Source: Chiloscyllium plagiosum (taxonomy: Eukaryota). From it: 20,000 nt of DNA. Below, one piece after another: positions 9,755 through 19,666 of the stretch (position 1 is the first letter of the stretch; each line of letters starts with the position of its first letter). The notes beneath the pieces were generated by a model that was given only the letters and a program-made list of their open reading frames with translations, did no database searches and was not told where the DNA came from. A program made the translations under genes and the position numbers. The stretch is from contig NC_057719.1 in the NCBI RefSeq assembly GCF_004010195.1, positions 11,826,774-11,846,773 on the forward strand, in the 5' to 3' direction.

Positions 9755-10026
9755 TGAAAGGAAAGGCTGGTAGGTATAGGGAATGCTGGATGACTAAAGA
9801 AATTGAGGATTTGGTTAAGAAAAAGAAAAAAAAAGCATATGTAAGGTATAGACAGGATAGATCGAGTGAATCCTTAGATTATAAAGGAAGTAGGAGTATA
9901 CTTAAGAGGGAAATCAGGAGGGCACAAAGGGGACATGAGATAGATTTGGAAAATAGAATTAAGGAGAATCCAAAGAGTTTTTACAAATACATTCAGGACA
10001 AAAGGGTAACTAGGGAGAGAATAGGG

Positions 10027-10148
10027 GAGAAAGTGAGGTCTGCAGATGCTGGAGATCAAAGTTGAAACTTTATTGCTGGAACAGCACAGCAGGTCAGGCA
10101 GCATCCAGGGAACAGGAGATTCGACGTTTCGGGCACAGGCCCTTCTTC
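10027..10148 (-). mobile_element. 122-bp PLE terminal-repeat insertion (related subfamily) with a hammerhead core (10119-10150)
   Basis: Perfect 11-bp TSD AGAGAATAGGG at 10016-10026 and 10149-10159. Minus strand reads CUGAAGA-a-GGGC cugu GCCC-GAAAC-GUC-gaau. Confidence 0.88.
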
Positions 10149-11870
10149 AGAGAATAGGGCCCTTCCAAGATCAACAAGGCAGCTTTTGTGTGGAGCCGCA
10201 GAAAATGAGAGAGATACTAAATGAGTATTTGGCATCAGTATTTACTATGGAAAAGGTATATGGATAGACTGTAGGGAAATAGATGGTGACATCTTGCAAA
10301 ATGTCCATATTGCAGAAGAGGAAGTGCTGGATGTCTTGAAAAGCATAAAGATGGATAAATCCCCATGACCTGATCAGGTGTACCCTAGAACTCTGTGGGA
10401 AGCTAGAGAGGTGATTGCTGGGCCTCTTGCTGAGATAGACTGGAGGTTGGCTAACGTGGTGCCACTGTTTAAGAAAAGTGGTAAGGACAAGCCAGGGAAC
10501 TATAGACCAGTGAGCCTGACTTCTATGGTGGGCAAGTTGTTGGAGGGAATCCTGAGGGACAGGATGTACATGTATTTGGAAAGGGAAGGACTGATTAGGG
10601 ATGAGTGCATGGGAAATCATGTCTCACAAACTTGATTGAGTTTTTTGAAGAAGTAACAAAGAGGATTGATGAGGGCAGAGCGGTAGATGTGATCTATATG
10701 GACTTCAGGAAGGCATTCAACAAGGTTCCCCATGGGAGACTGATTAGCAAGGTTAGATCTCGCGGAATACAGGGAGAACTAGCCATTTGGATATAGAACT
10801 TGCTCAAAGGTAAAAGACAGAGGGTGGTGCTGGAGGGTTGTTTTTCAGACTGGAGCCTGTGACCAGTGGAGTGCCACAAGGATTGGTGCTGGTTCCTCTA
10901 CTTTACATAAATGATATGGATGTGAGCATAAGAGGTACAGTTAGTAAGTTTGCAGATGACACCAAAATTGGAGGTGTAGTGGACAGCGAAGAGGGTTACC
11001 TCAGAGTACAACCGGATCTTGATCAGATGGGTCAATGGGCTGAGAAGTGGCAGATGGAGTTTAATTCAGATAAATGTGAGGTGCTGCATTTTGGGAAAGC
11101 AAATCTTAGCAGGATTTACACACTTAATGGTAAGGTCTGAGGGAGTGTTGCTGAAAAAAAGAGACCTTGGAGTGCAGGTTCATAGCTCTTTGAAAGTGGA
11201 GTCGCAGGTAGATAGGATAGTGAAGAAGGCGTTTGGTATGCTTCTTTTATTGGTTAGAGTATTGAGTACAGGAGTTGGGAGGTCATGTTGCTGTACAGGA
11301 CATTGGTTAGGCCACTGTTGGAATATTGCATGCACTTTTGGTCTCCTTCCTATTGGAAAGATGTTGTGAAACTTGAAAGGGTTCAGAAAAGATTTACAAG
11401 GAAGATGCCAGGGTTGGAGGATTTGAGCTATAGGGAGAGGCTAAACAGGCTGGGGCTGTTTTCCCTGGAGGGTCAGAGGCTGAGGGGTGACCTTATAGAG
11501 GTTTAAAAAATTATGAGGGGCATGGATAGGGTAAATAGACAAAGTCTTTTTCCTGGGGTCGGGGAGTCCAGAACTAAGAGGGCATATAGGTTTAGGGTGG
11601 GAGAGGGAAGATATAAAAGAGACCTAAGAGGCAACCTTTTCACACAGCGGCTGGTACGTGTATGGAATGAGCTGCCAGAGGGAGTGGTGAAAACTGGTAC
11701 AATTGCAACATTTAAGAGGCGTTTGGATGGGTATATGAATAGGAAGGGTTTGGAGGGATATGGGTCGGGTGCTGGCAGGTGGGACTAGATTGGGTTGGGA
11801 CATCTGGTCGGCATGGACGAGTTGGACCAAAGGTCTGTTTCCGTGCTATACGTCTCTATGACTTTGACTG

Positions 11871-14800
11871 TAAGACCATAAGATACTGGAGCAGAAATTA
11901 TGTCATTCAGCCCATCAAGTCTCTATCAATCTCTGTCTTAAATATACTCGAAGACCTGGCCTCCACAGCTTCAGTGGTAGTGAATTCCACAGATTCACCA
12001 ATCTCTGGTTGAAGAAGTTTCTTCTTATCTCCGTTCTAAAAGATCTTCCCTTCACTCTAAGGCTGTGCTCTCGGGTCCCAGTCTCTCCTACCAATGGAAA
12101 CGTCTTTCCAGCATCCACTCTGTCCAGGCCATTCAGTATTCTGTAAGATTTAGTTCGGAAACAGACCCAATTGCCCAACTCGTCCATGCTGACCAGATAT
12201 CCCAACCCAATCTTGTCTCACTTGCCACTTCCCAGCCCATATCCCTCCAAACCCTTCATAATCATATATCCATCCAGATGCCATTTAAATGTTGCAATTG
12301 TACTAGCCTCCACAACTTCCACTGGCAACTCATTCCACAAACGCACCACCCTCTGCGTGAAAATGTTGCCCCGTAGGTCTCTTTTATATCTTTCCCCTCT
12401 CACCCTAAACCTATCCCCTCTTGTTCTAGATTCCCCCAACCCAGGAAAAGACCTTGTCTATTTACCCTATCAATGCCCCTCATGATTTTATAAATCTCTA
12501 TAAAGTCACCCCTCAGCTCCAGGGAAAACAGCCCCAGCCTATTCAACCTCTCCCTATAGCTCAAATTCTCCAACCCTGGCAACATCCTTGTAAATCTTTT
12601 CTGAACCCTTTCAAGTTTCGCAACATCTTTCCGATAGGAAGGAAACCAGAATTGCACGCAATATTCCAACAGTGGCCTAACCAATGTCCTGTACAGCCAC
12701 AACATGACCTCCCAATTCCTGTATTCAATACTCTGACCAATAAAGGAAAGCATACCAAATGTCATCTTCATTATCCTATCTACCTGCGACTCCACTTTAA
12801 TGGAGCTATCAATCTGCACTCCAAGGTCTCTTTGTTCAGCAGCACTCTCTAGGACCTTACCATCAAGTGAATACGTCCGGCTAAGATTTGCTTTCCCAAA
12901 ATGCAGCAGCTCGCATTTATCTGAATTAAATTCCATCTGCCACTTCACAGCACAATGGCTCATCTGATTAAGAGACTGTTTTAATCCAAGGTAACCTTCT
13001 TCGCTGTCCACTACACCTCCAATTGTAGTGTCATCTGAAACTTACTAACTATACCTCTTAAGCTCACATCAAATCATTTATATAAATGACGAAAAGTAGT
13101 GGACCCAGCACTGATCCTTGTGGCACTCCACTGGTCACAGGCCCCCAATCTGAAAAACAATCGTCCACCACCACCTGGCTCAAAGGTCTTCTACCTTTGA
13201 GCCAGTTCTGTTTCCAAGTGGCTAGTTCTTCCTGTATTCCATGAGATCTAACCTTGTTAATCAGTCTCCCATGGGGAACCTTGTCGAATGCCTTACTGAA
13301 GTCCATATAGATCACATCTACCGCTCTGCCCGCATCAATCATCTTTGTTACTTCTTCAAAAAACTCAATCAAGTTTGTGAGACATGGTTTCTCATGCGCA
13401 GAACCATGTTGACTATCCCTAATCAGTCCTTGCCTTTCCAAATACATGTACATTCTGTCCCTCAGGATTCCATTTCACAACTTTCCCACCACTGACGTCA
13501 GGCTCACTAGTCTATAGTTCCCTGGCTTGTCCTTACCACCTTTCTTAAATAGTGGCACTATGTTAGCCAACCTCCATTCTTCTGGCACCTCACCTGTGAC
13601 TATCAATGATACAAATATCTCAGCAATCACTTCACTAGCTTCCCACAGAGGTCTAGGGTACACCTGATCAAGTCCTGGGGATTTATCCACTTTTATGCAT
13701 TTAAAGATATCCAGAACTTCCTCTTCTGTAATTTGGACATTTTTCAAGGTGTCACCATCTATTTCACGACAGTTTATATTTTCCATGTCCTCCTTCACAG
13801 TAAATACTGATGCAAAATACTCGTTTAGTATCTCCCCATCTCCTGTGGCTTCACATAAAGGCTGCCTTGCTGATCTTTGAGGGGCCCTATTCTCTCTCTA
13901 GTTACCCTTTTATCCTTAATGTATTTGTAAAAACCCTTTGGATTCTCCTTAACTATATTTGCCAAAGTTATCTCATGTCCCCTTTTTGCCCTTCTGATTT
14001 CCCTCTTAATGATTCTGGATCTCCCTCCCATACTTCTAAACTCCCAAGTATAGACCCAGAGTCCTCAAATGTTTCTCATATGCTAAGCTTTTCATTCCTG
14101 GGGCCATTCTTGTGAATCTCCTCTGAACATGCTCCAGGGCCAGCACATCCTTCCTGAGATACGGAGCCCAAAATTGTATACAATATTTCAAATGTGGTCT
14201 GACCAGAGCTTTATAGAGCCTTAGAAGTATATCCCTGCTTTTATATTCAAGTCTTCTCAAAATAAATGCCAACATTGCATTTGCCTTCCTAACTACTGAC
14301 TCAACCTGTAAGTTTACCTTGAGAGAATCCTGGACTAGAACTCCCAAGTCTCTTTCTATTTCAGACTCCTGAATTTTCTCCCCATTTAGAAAATTGCCCA
14401 TGTCTCTATTCTTCTTACCAAAGTGCATGACCTCACATTTTCCCACGTTGTACTCCATCTGCCACTTCTTTGCCCACTCTCCTAACCAGTCCAAATCCTT
14501 CTGCAGCCTCCCCATCTCCTCAATGCTACCTGTCCCTTTACATATCTTTGTATCATCTGCAAATTTAGCCAGGATGCCCTCGGTTCCTTCATCTAGACCA
14601 TTAATGTGTAAAGTGGTTCTAACACTGGGCCTTGCAGAAACCACTTGTCACCAGCTTCCCTCCTGAGAAAGACCCTTTTATCCCCACTCTCTGGTTTCTG
14701 CCAGACAGTCCAGCTTCTATCCTTGCTACCACCTTGCCTCTAACACTATTGGCACTTTTCTTACTCAGCAGCCTCCTGTGCGGCACCTTGTCAAAGGCTT

Positions 14801-15124
14801 TCTTGAAGTCCAGGTAGATAACATCCATTGGCTCTCCTTGGTCTAACCAGCTCATTAATTCCTCAAAAAAAGTCTAGCAGATTTTTTAGGCATGTCCACC
14901 CCTTGATGAAACCACAATGCTGACTTTGCCCTATTTTACCATGCACTTCCGAGTATTCAGAAATCTCATCCTACAGAATGGTCTACAAAATTGTAGCCAT
15001 GATAGAGGTTAGGCTAATCGGCCTGTAATTTTCCATCTTTTGCCTTACTCCCTTTTTAAACTGGAGTATCCATGTTCACCAATTTCCAGTCCTCTGGGAC
15101 CCTCCCTGACTCTAGCTATTCCTG
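11871..15124 (-). mobile_element. CR1 LINE (subfamily B), 5'-truncated, in two parts (11871-12151 and about 14009-15124)
   Basis: TAAGACCATAAGA tail. The 3' part encodes ILNGLDRVDAGKTFPLVG...NLWNSLP. The upstream part encodes [21 protein letters not shown] and LYKALVRPHLKYC. The two parts are contiguous in ORF2 order across the nested copy. Confidence 0.9.
12152..14008 (-). mobile_element. CR1 LINE (subfamily A) nested in the subfamily B copy
   Basis: RT motifs [21 protein letters not shown] and [21 protein letters not shown]. It is a reverse-complement match to about 9902-11843. It lacks the terminal CATAGAG tail and has no clear TSD. Confidence 0.93.
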
Positions 15125-15227
15125 AGACCCATTGCAAAGTGGTTGACTCCTACCCCCACCTCGCTCCAGGTAAATAAATGTTGGGCCAGCTAACAAAGTG
15201 CACATCTCATGAACGAATAAATAAAAA
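15125..15227 (+). mobile_element. 3' part of the SINE that starts at 8343
   Basis: AGACCCATTGCAAAGTGGTTGACTC resumes where 8671 stops (compare minus-strand CCAGACCAGAGCAATGTGGATAACTC in the 394-705 copy). AGACCC is duplicated at 8666-8671 and 15125-15130. Ends in CATGAACGAATAAATAAAAA. Confidence 0.7.
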
Positions 15228-15332
15228 GTCACCTCTCTAATCCCAGCTGTTTTCTCTCTTTCCAGTTTCATCTTCCATCTCTTTCCCAAACAGTTCTGAG
15301 TTCATCTTGTTCATCAGTCCCACTGCCTATGA

Positions 15333-15421
15333 TTGCTCCTGGGATGCTGCCTGACCTGTTGTGCTTTTCCAGCACCACACACTCAACTCTGATCTCCAGC
15401 ATCTGCAGTCTTCACGTTCTC
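15333..15421 (+). mobile_element. 89-bp PLE terminal-repeat insertion lacking the hammerhead
   Basis: Perfect 15-bp TSD TCCCACTGCCTATGA at 15318-15332 and 15422-15436. GGATGCTGCCTGACCTG...GATCTCCAGCATCTGCAG is homologous to the reverse complement of 10027-10113. Confidence 0.85.
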
Positions 15422-15453
15422 TCCCACTGCCTATGACCTCAATCCCATTAAAC

Positions 15454-15661
15454 TGTTGTGACCCAACCTCTCTTCATGGCCCTGCTTGTAAACATACTCT
15501 AATCAGGGAGCCCTGGCTGACAGATATAAACAGGAGTGTCAGAGGTTCTGTTCACTCTGAGAGCTGGCTCTGAGGAAACTGGACCAGTGTCAAGTACTAT
15601 GAGTGTCTAAATCAAGGGTGACTTGGTGACGGGATATTGGCTTTTGTGGGGTTTTTTTCCA
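15454..15661 (+). mobile_element. Probable solo LTR (Gypsy-like)
   Basis: TG...CA ends, a TATA-like GATATAAA near 15523 and a degenerate polyA-like AAATCAA near 15608. It resembles a shark LTR repeat recalled from memory. No TSD found and the boundaries are approximate. Confidence 0.4.
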
Positions 15662-16007
15662 CTCTGTTTGTTCTCCCTTCCAAAATGAACATCATTCGAT
15701 GGTAGTTGCTCCATTTCATAGGGGATGCCAGCCCCTTGCAAGCAGTGGTTACCTGTGTACCCACTCTCAGTGTGACCCCGACCTCGTATAGAGGCTTTCG
15801 TGGGGTCAAGTTCAGCACAGTCCAACTCAATCTCTTCTAAAATCTCAGCCTGGGTGGGTGATGGGGGAATCATCTTAAACCAATCCTTTGGATTGGTTTT
15901 CCTGCAGGATTGGGTGGAATTTTGTTTTGTCACCTCTGTCTAATGTTACCCGTAGCCCACTTTCGAGGGGAGGGGGAGTGGGTCTGCGCCTTCTGGGTGC
16001 AGGCGGC

Positions 16008-16077
16008 TGTGCATGTCACTGTCTCTGGACTAGTAATTCAAAGGTCCAGCCTGCAGACATGTGTTCAGACCCCATCC
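16008..16077 (+). mobile_element. SINE head fragment
   Basis: TGTCTCTGGACTAGTAATTCAAAGG...GACATGTGTTCAGACCCCA resembles the heads of the SINEs at 394-705 and 8343. Confidence 0.4.
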
Positions 16078-16084
16078 TGAGTTC

Positions 16085-16415
16085 AATCGAATGCAGCGAA
16101 GGTTGACCAGACTGCCTCTAGGGATGGTGGCTCAGTTGGATGAGAAGACGTTGGATCAACTGGGCCTATATTCAGTATTAGGAAAATTGGGAGGGGCTCT
16201 AATTAAAACAGAACCTTCACACAGGGCTGGACAGACCGAACACACGGATAATGTATCCCCCTCCTCCCTGCCTGGCAGGCGAGGGTGGGGTCAGCTGTGT
16301 GGCCAGAACAAGTGGTCACAGACTCTGGATGTACAACTGGATGCCATTTTCAGACTGAGCTGAAGGCTGATTTCTTCTCACAGAATGTGTTTAACTCTGT
16401 ATCACAGAAGGAGGT
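16085..16415 (+). mobile_element. Old CR1 3' ORF2 fragment
   Basis: Translates MQRRLTRLPLGMVAQLDEKTLDQLGLYS...LGGALIK, a decayed version of VQRRFTRM.PG...RL..LGL.S...LRGDLI. Also TTTCTTCTCACAGAATG. Confidence 0.55.
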
Positions 16416-16419
16416 GAAC

Positions 16420-17716
16420 ATGTTTATTGGCCACTTTTGGAAGTACTGTGTAAGGTTCTGGTTGCTATGCTATAGAAAGGAAATTATTAATTTGGAGATG
16501 GTTTGGAAAAGATTTACAATATTACTGAGATTGGAAGGTTTTAGTTATGCTTGGGGAGGCTAGATAGTCTGAGACTTTTTCACTAGAGTGTAGGAGGTTG
16601 AGGGGTTACCTTATAGAGTTTTATAAAATCATGAGGGCATAGATAAGGTGAATAGCCAAGGTCTTTTCCATTAGTTGGGGGAGTTCAAAACCAGGGGGCA
16701 TATCTTTAAGGTGAGGGGAAAAGATTTAAAAGGACCTGAGGGGCAACATTTTCAAACAGACAGTGGTTTGTATGTGGAATGAATTGCCAGAGGAAGTGAA
16801 GATGCAAGTACAGTTAAAACATAAAAGACATATAAATGGGAAAGGCTGAGAGTCATAGAGATGTACAGCATGGAAACAGATCCTTCGGTCCAACCTGTCC
16901 ATGCCGACCAGATATCCCAACCCAATCTAGTCCTACCTGCCAGCCCATATCCCTCCAAACCCTTCCTATTCATATACCCATCCAAATGCCTCTTAAATGT
17001 TGCAATTGTACCAACCTCCACCACTTCCTCTGGCAGCTCATTCCATACACGTACCGCCCTCTGCATGTAAAAGTTGCCCCTTAGGACTCTTTTATATCTT
17101 TCCCCTCTCAGCCTAAACCTATGACCTCTAGTTCTGGACCAGGGAACACCAGGGAAAAGACTTTGTATATTTATCCTATCCTATCCATCAGCCTTATAAT
17201 TTTGTAAACCTCTATAAGGTCACCCCTCAGCCTCCAATGCTTCAGGGAAAACAGCCCCAGCCTGTTCAGCCTCTCGCTATAGCTCAAATCCCCCAACCCT
17301 GGCAACATCCTTGTAAATCTTTTCTCAACCCTTTCAAGTTTCACAACATCTTTCCAATAGGAAGGAGACCAGAATTGCACGCAATATTCCAACAGTGGCC
17401 AAACCAATGTCCTGTACAGCTGCAACACGACCTCTCAACTCCTGTACTCAATACTCTGACCAATAAAGGAAAGCATACCAAATGCCGCCTTCACTATCCT
17501 ATCTACCTGCGACTCCACTTTCAAGGAGCTATGAACTGCACTCCAAGGTCTCTTTGTTCAGCTACACTCCCTCGGACCTTACCATTAAGTGTATAAGTCC
17601 TGTTAAGATTTAGGCCAAATGCAGGCAAATGGTACTAGTTTAGTTTGGGAAACATGGTCGGCATGGATAGGTAGGATTGAAGGGTTGTCTCCATGTCGTA
17701 TGATTCTATCACTGTA
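16420..17716 (+). mobile_element. CR1 3' fragment in two parts (16420-16846 and 17611-17716)
   Basis: Contains KYCVRFW...YRKEII.LEMVWKRFT, TTGAGGGGTTACCTTATAGAG and GTGGAATGAATTGCCAGAGGAAG. The 3'UTR resumes at GGCCAAATGCAGGCAAATGG and ends TATGATTCTAT. Confidence 0.8.
16847..17610 (-). mobile_element. CR1 LINE (subfamily A), 5'-truncated, nested antisense in the older CR1
   Basis: Tail GAGTCATAGAGATGTACAGCATGGAAACAG and peptide LYRTLVWPLLEYCVQFWSPSY...LRGDLIEVYKI. Colinear with 12157-12889. Confidence 0.92.
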
Positions 17717-17727
17717 AGCAATTGCCT

Positions 17728-17900
17728 TTCCTCGATTACTGCTCCACTCTTTCTAAATCACTGTCATCATCTCAATATTGGCTAGAAACAATCTGTACCC
17801 TCTCTCCTTGCCACTCCATCTGCAACCTCCTATACTTCACCACAATCCACAAATGTGCCGTTCCTCCCAAAATCCTTGTCTGTATTTCTTACGACTCTGT
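17728..17900 (+). mobile_element. Possible ancient L2 LINE remnant
   Basis: Translation LDYCSTL...KILVCISY loosely resembles the L2 ORF2 C-terminal motifs LDYCNSLL...FKIL. Confidence 0.3.
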
Positions 17901-18066
17901 ATTTGAATCCTTCTCCTGTAGCAGAAGAACAGCTCTAACCAAGGTCACAATCAGTATTCACTATAACTGATGGTAGTACATTCTTTCTTCTCTACTGGAT
18001 TGCAAGGTTGATCATACCATCCTCACTCAATGCCTCTTTTTTGACCCAGCTTAATGGAATTACTCC

Positions 18067-19657
18067 TTTGATTTATTTTTGTTGTCACATGTATCCTGAT
18101 ACAGTGAAAAAGTGTTGTTTTGTGTGCTATATGGGCAGAGTGTGCTATATAAAGTGCATCAGGAAAGCAAAACAGAGTGCAGACTACAGTGTTACAGCCA
18201 CAGAGAAGGTGCAGAGAGAGAAAGAGATCAGCATTAACATTTGACAAGTCCGTTCAAAAGTCTGACAACAGTGGGGAAGAAGCTGTTTGTACGTGTATTC
18301 AAACTTTTATATCTTCTGCTCAACAGAAGAGGGTGGAAGAGAGTGCAACCTGGGTAGGAGGGATCTTTTATTGTGTTGTTTGCTTTCCCAAGGAGCGGGA
18401 AGTGTAAATTGAGTCAGTGGATGGAAGGCTGGTTTGTGTGATGGACTAGGCTGTATTCACGACTCTTTAGCTTCTTGTGGTCATGGGCAGAGCAGTTGCT
18501 GCACCACACTGTGATGCATCCTATTGTTAAAGTTCTTTTGAGAACATAACTTTAAAAAAAGTTCTGAGATTTACATATGAAAGAACTGAAACCAACAAGG
18601 TCATTCTAACAGATGACAGACATATCAAACAATCCAAGTCTTTTTCAATATGTCATTTCATTGGCATCACACTGTAAACTGTTGCTATAAATTCTGTGTC
18701 TTATGATCTTATATTCCACAACCACTTGATGAAGGAGCAGTGCTCCAAAAGCTAGTGCTTCCAAATAAACTTGTTGGACTATAACCTGGTGATGTGAGAT
18801 TTTTAACTTCGTACACCACAGTCCATCACCAGCATCCAAATCATGCACTCTGATGGAATGCTTTCTATGATGCATCTGTAAATATTTGTAAGAGTCTTTG
18901 TGGACATGCTAACTTTCCTTAGTGTCCTGAGGAAGTAGAGACATTGTTGTACTTTCTAGACCGTTGTGTTGACTTGAGTGGACCAGGACGAATTGTTGGT
19001 AATTATCACTCCTAGAAACTTGACGCTCTCGACGATCTCCACCTCAGCAACATTGATGCAGTCAGGCGTGTGTCCTCCACTCAGCCTCCTGAAGTCAATG
19101 ACCAGCTCCTTCATTTTGCTGACGTTGATGGAGAGATTGTTGTCTTTGCATCTTGCTGCTAAGCACTGAATCTCTTTCCTGTATTCTGACTCGTTGTTAT
19201 TTGAGATTGACCTACAATGGTAGTGTCGTCGGCAAACTTGTAAATGGAGTTGGGTCAGCTTTTGGCCACACAGTTGTGAGTATGCAAGGAGTATAGTAGG
19301 GGACTGAATATGCAGCCTTGTGGGGCACCAGTGTTGGGGATTATCTTGGCACAGCTGTTGTCGCCTATTCTTACCGACTGTGGTCTGTGGGTCAGGAAAT
19401 TGAGGACCAGGTTACAGAGAGGGGAGTTGAGACCTAGGTCTGGGAGTTTAGAGGTGAGCTTATTTGGAACTATAGCGTTGAAGGCTGAGCTTTGGACAAG
19501 TAGCAGAAGCCTGACAATAGGTATCCTTGTTATCCAGATATTTCTGGGATGAATGTAGGGCCAGAGAGATGGTGTTTAGTGTCGACCTCTTGTGCCTGTA
19601 CGCAAATTGCAAAGGATCAAGGCAGTTTGGTCGGATGGAGTTGATGTGAGCCATGAA
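18067..19657 (-). mobile_element. Rex1/Babar-clade LINE, 5'-truncated RT pseudogene, interrupted at about 18525-18845
   Basis: The minus strand encodes LDPLQFAYRHKRST, GAPQGCIFSPLLYSL and IYKFADDTTIVG, which are Rex1-type motifs. The 3' end is TTTCACTGTATC...CATGTGACAACAAAAATAAATC. Confidence 0.85.
18525..18845 (+). mobile_element. PLE family B terminal repeat (about 320 bp) with an inactivated hammerhead at 18723-18757
   Basis: Contains the reverse complement of 8378-8463. The core is mutated to UUGAUGA...AAAA. It interrupts the Rex1 sequence at GTGATGCATCC / GATGGAATGCTTTC. Confidence 0.8.
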
Positions 19658-19666
19658 GTGAGCCAA

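Larger units (their letters stand above)
8686..11870 (+). mobile_element. CR1 LINE (subfamily A), nearly complete ORF2 (APE endonuclease plus RT) pseudogene with three nested PLE inserts
   Basis: Endonuclease motifs DIIAITE and VMVGDFNFPNIDW. RT motifs NYRPVSLTS, MDFRKAF, SGVPQG and SKFADDTK. C-terminal LYRTLVRPLLEYC and CTCTATGACT tail. TSD-like TAAGACTATAAGAC (8672-8685) / TAAGACCATAAGAT (11871-11884). Many stops and frameshifts. Confidence 0.95.

Noticed and set aside
1424..10148. Recurring GGGCAAAAGCCC hairpin repeats as a CRISPR array or terminators
   Set aside because: The copies are dispersed, occur in both orientations, are flanked by TSDs and have no regular spacers or cas genes. 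They are better explained as hammerhead helix II in PLE repeats.
8686..11870. Active or domesticated reverse transcriptase, or a prokaryotic RT system (retron, DGR, group II intron)
   Set aside because: ORF2 is broken by many stops, frameshifts and three insertions. The motifs and tails are those of ordinary vertebrate CR1 LINEs.
12152..14008. Local inverted duplication or assembly artefact of 9902-11843
   Set aside because: It retains segments deleted in the + copy (e.g. near 10435 and 10605), lacks its PLE insert and has many substitutions. It is therefore an independent insertion.
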